Assembly: GCA_017499595.2 (NCBI GenBank)
Contig: CM039007.1
Location: 2,356,001 to 2,420,000, forward strand
From: Psilocybe cubensis
Taxonomy: Eukaryota
DNA: 64,000 nucleotides
Direction: 5' to 3'
Shown here: positions 60,594 to 64,000 of the stretch, piece after piece
How the letters are laid out: the number at the start of each line of letters is the position of its first letter
Numbering within the stretch: position 1 is the first letter of the stretch
Made by a program: the position numbers and the translations under genes
Notes under the pieces: model-generated
Told to the model about the DNA's origin: nothing
The model's input: only the letters and a program-made list of their open reading frames with translations
Databases searched by the model: none

Positions 60594-63073
60594 AGAAACT
60601 CGTCCTAGCTCGACGTGTGCGAAAAGTCCTTTGTTTCGGCACTAAGAGTCCACGGCCGATTTTCAAGCTCCCCCAATAGCGTAAGGTGCAATTTGACCGC
60701 AATTTGTCTCAATCGACAACGGACTGTTTCCTCGACCCGCGTTAGAATCGTTCTCTAGAGGCTATTGATGATGGCTGAAGGGAAGACAGAATCGACGCTG
60801 GAGTCGACGGAACTTGACCAGGTACACAGATGGCGTCAACTGTGAGCGATTTCAGCTCAAGTATGGCGTTCAGGTTCTTTGGGACATTTCCGTGGATCAA
60901 TCACTCACTGTGACTTTCGCTAGTCAAGCTTGTAAGTAAACGGGGATTCAACTATATACTTATGTTTGCATGCAGAAAAGAAGCAACTCCAATGACACTG
61001 GACAGTAGTACTTGGTCCGCTCACTCGTGCACTGGCATTCGGCAGTGGCCATCGGAACAAAGCTTGTCCCACCCAAAATCCCACCAAGTGTAGCCGGGTG
61101 TGGAAATGGAAGCCTTTCTCCCTGGTATAAATGGCGACAAGAAGCGTCATTTCGTACGAAGGCTCGCTCAGATTACATAGGCCATTGACGAGCTATTTCG
61201 AGGGATGGCTAGCTGCGTACAACCAGAGTTCACCCATGTCCAGAAGCAGTTACTGAAAAGCTACCCTACGACTTCTGAAATAGATTCAGAATCAAAAATA
61301 AGGGATCAAGAGTACGTTATACATTGATTTGGGTCAGGTGTGCACTCCAGCTGTTGCGGATCTCAGTCAATCCAGACAGCTCAAGATTTTCTATTGTGCA
61401 ATACTGATCATGACCAGAACACACTGATGACAAGCTACTGGAGAAACGATCCATCATCATTCTCTGTGCCGTGTCCTTCCCGCACTAGTCAATAGAGCCC
61501 ATAATTTCCGAAGTTACGACGGCAGAATGGTGTCCTTGTGAGTTGATGGGGATTTGTTCTTTTGGTTCTGCGTTGCTTTCAACTGCTCGATTATGTTGAC
61601 CTCCATCGAACGCTACGTTTGCAAAGCATTGCAGTGCATCCAGAACTCTTTGGCGAAATATACAAACAACGGGATAAATCCTACCTCTTGAGTGGACAAT
61701 TGGTGGTATAGTTAATTCCATTCCAATATTCAGCTGTAGAGACGTTCCAGCTCAGTGTATTGCCGTTCGCTGTTTCAACGGAAAATTGTGTCATATAAAC
61801 AGTGTTAATTTACACGGCGGACAATTACCAGTCATTTTGTTAAACGGCATGCATGTTTTATGTCGACACTTCATGAGATATGTTAATATGAGTCGGAGAG
61901 AAAGTGAAGAGGGTACATGCCTCTTCAACTTTAGTGTCTTGTTTAAAGATGAGTTCACAATCATTGTTGATGTTGGAAAATTTTTTCTCTGCCAACATGA
62001 CTTGTGAGTGACGCGAGCCTTGATAGTCCACACCTTTTGGGACCCGCCAAAGGCCTGAGCGCTTGGGTCGAAACCACGCGGAAAGTCGAAACGAGAGTTC
62101 CGATGTGGCTGTACCAAACACTGGTAAAATAGGAAGATGGGAGAGGAGGGTGGGATCAAAAAATTTTCCCTGAAAAGATTTCGGAAAGTGAGTTCAAGAG
62201 AAGGAGAAACGAAATCTCTTGGAGGAGAGGGAGAGAACCGAGAGATGGGAAAAACGAAACTTCTCGAGAGAGAGCATTATAGGACTGCACGAAATTGAAG
62301 AAGGGCATTGAAGTTCAGCATCCTTCATGTCACAAAGAAGACGATCATTATCTGTCACTGGTCAGAGATCCTTTTTCTCGCTCTTATCGTATCCGTCCAT
62401 GAGCTCGTCTGCGTACTCATCGTTGAAAATTTGGTAACAACAATTGAAGCCTAAAAATAGCGCGCACAATTCCGTTCAACACCATTCGCACTCCCAACGG
62501 CTCAATACACTTTCGAAGGTGATTCAGAATACACCAATCCCAGATTTTTAATTATGCATGGTATTGCATTGAGGACCGTTGATGGCTAAGAGGATAGGTG
62601 ATAGATACAGCAGTAAGACTCAAAAAATAACTAAAATACACTATGCTAAAAAAGAGTGATTTCGGCGCAGCAGCTGGTAGAGGCAAGATATGTAGGATGA
62701 ACGAGGATCCGTGGATGTGTATTGGAAAAAAGTCCTGGGATGTGCAATGTTAGACGTAAATGGGGCATAAACTACTAGCAATTATAGTCCGCGGCATGCA
62801 AGAAATGTACTGAGGGAATAGGATGTTTTGGGTAGGGTGTTGTGTGGCTCAAGCCTGCTTATTGTGCTGTTTGGGAGAGGGTGCTCCATGGGAGACGAAT
62901 GCAGCAGTCAAGAGTGTGATTGGAATTTTGAGCAGGAGAGAGATTTCCGTAGGCCGTTGTCATGTAACGTCAAGGAGAAGATTCAGTGGTCCGAAGTGCA
63001 CTCGTGGTAACATGAAAAACCGAACATAAACAGCTGTTAGGTGTCGGATCTGATCATGCTTCGTTGCGTCGAC

Positions 63074-64000
63074 TCAAAGCGAGCCTCCGGAAGGCTTGGG
63101 CATGTACCGAGGGAGCGATTCCACAGGCTTCGAGATCAAATATCCCTTCAGCGCCGCCTGCTTCTCGCCCTGCCTGCCAAACCCAAACCCAGCGAACCTA
63201 GAGTCCTTTTCACTCGTCGGCTTCTGCGTGGACGCGTCGCTCGACCCAGTGTACAAGTTCGACACAAACGACGGGGGGCTCGACAGGACGGAGGACGCGA
63301 GCGGCGCAATTTTGACGGGCCCGACGTGTGTCGGAATCGCGCTCTTCGCCTGCTCACGCCAGGATGTGATGGACCGTTTGACTTTGGCGGATTCGCGGAA
63401 GATCAAACCGGCGAATACGTTCAGGCAGCCAATTGCAAAGAGGAAGAATGCAGAGACAAGAGTGAACGTATCGACGTGGTGGGAGAGCACGGCAGCACCG
63501 ATCCTATAGCGCAACACAAAAGAACTGAGCATGTCGTTCTTGGGAAAGAAAGAAACTGGGAGCAGTAATTGGACTTACAGCATCTGAATAAGTCCCAAAG
63601 CACCGAGACCGAAATCCTTCCCTAGAATAGGGAAATACCGGTTGAAGAATTTGGCAGGGAAGCCGAGCTCAGAGAGGATGAGCACGACGGCCTGGAAAAT
63701 AATGAAAAGCCTATTCAAAACCGCCCAGAAGACGCCCGCTGGCTGGTTAGGCACAGTACTTCCCCTTGATGAGGAGGAACGTGAGTACTTGGAACTAAAA
63801 TAAAGTGATTACAGATAACGTACAAGATGTAATCCATGTTCATTTCCGTGGATGTCAGTGTCGAATTCAAAGTTCCATCAGCGATCTGCTTTCCCGCGGC
63901 CATGTAGCGGTTCACGGCTTTGATGTCGTTGGAGAGCGTGACAATATTGCTGCTGAATACCAGAAGCAGTGCGATGATACTGAGGATACGAATGCCATTG
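63074..64000 (-). CDS. Hypothetical fungal membrane protein, 5' end outside the window
   Basis: NGIRILSIIALLLVF, STVPNQPAGVFWAVLNRLFIIFQ, FPILGKDFGLGALG, GAAVLSHHVD. Two GT-AG introns. Confidence 0.75.

Noticed and set aside
61485-62160. Short minus-strand ORFs in the 60.6-63.0 kb gap
   Set aside because: No recognisable domain or consistent splice model.

Overview
Intron-rich fungal genomic DNA, most likely an agaricomycete basidiomycete (inferred from ~50-nt GT-AG introns and the gene families present). Housekeeping genes are an otubain-type deubiquitinase, a Kes1/Osh4-like oxysterol-binding protein, cytosolic leucyl-tRNA synthetase, Nup192/Nup205, an Sft2-like protein, an MFS sugar porter, an SDR and two membrane proteins. 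They are interleaved with immunity or cell-death-type genes: two metacaspase-like paralogs, two tandem ankyrin plus amphipathic-helix paralogs, a gasdermin-like candidate with an amyloid-like N-terminal motif, and a C2-like/NACHT/27-ankyrin NLR. The most unusual gene (45591-47349) fuses a domain resembling phage thymidine-hypermodification enzymes (aGPT-PPlase1/amino acid:DNA transferase family) to a chromodomain with an intact aromatic cage. Immediately downstream is a full-length Ngaro-type tyrosine-recombinase retrotransposon (47705-54242). It has apparently identical split direct repeats, a predicted intron in gag, and one nonsense codon between RT and RNase H. All family calls come from motif recognition by eye, not database searches, and exon boundaries are manual predictions.
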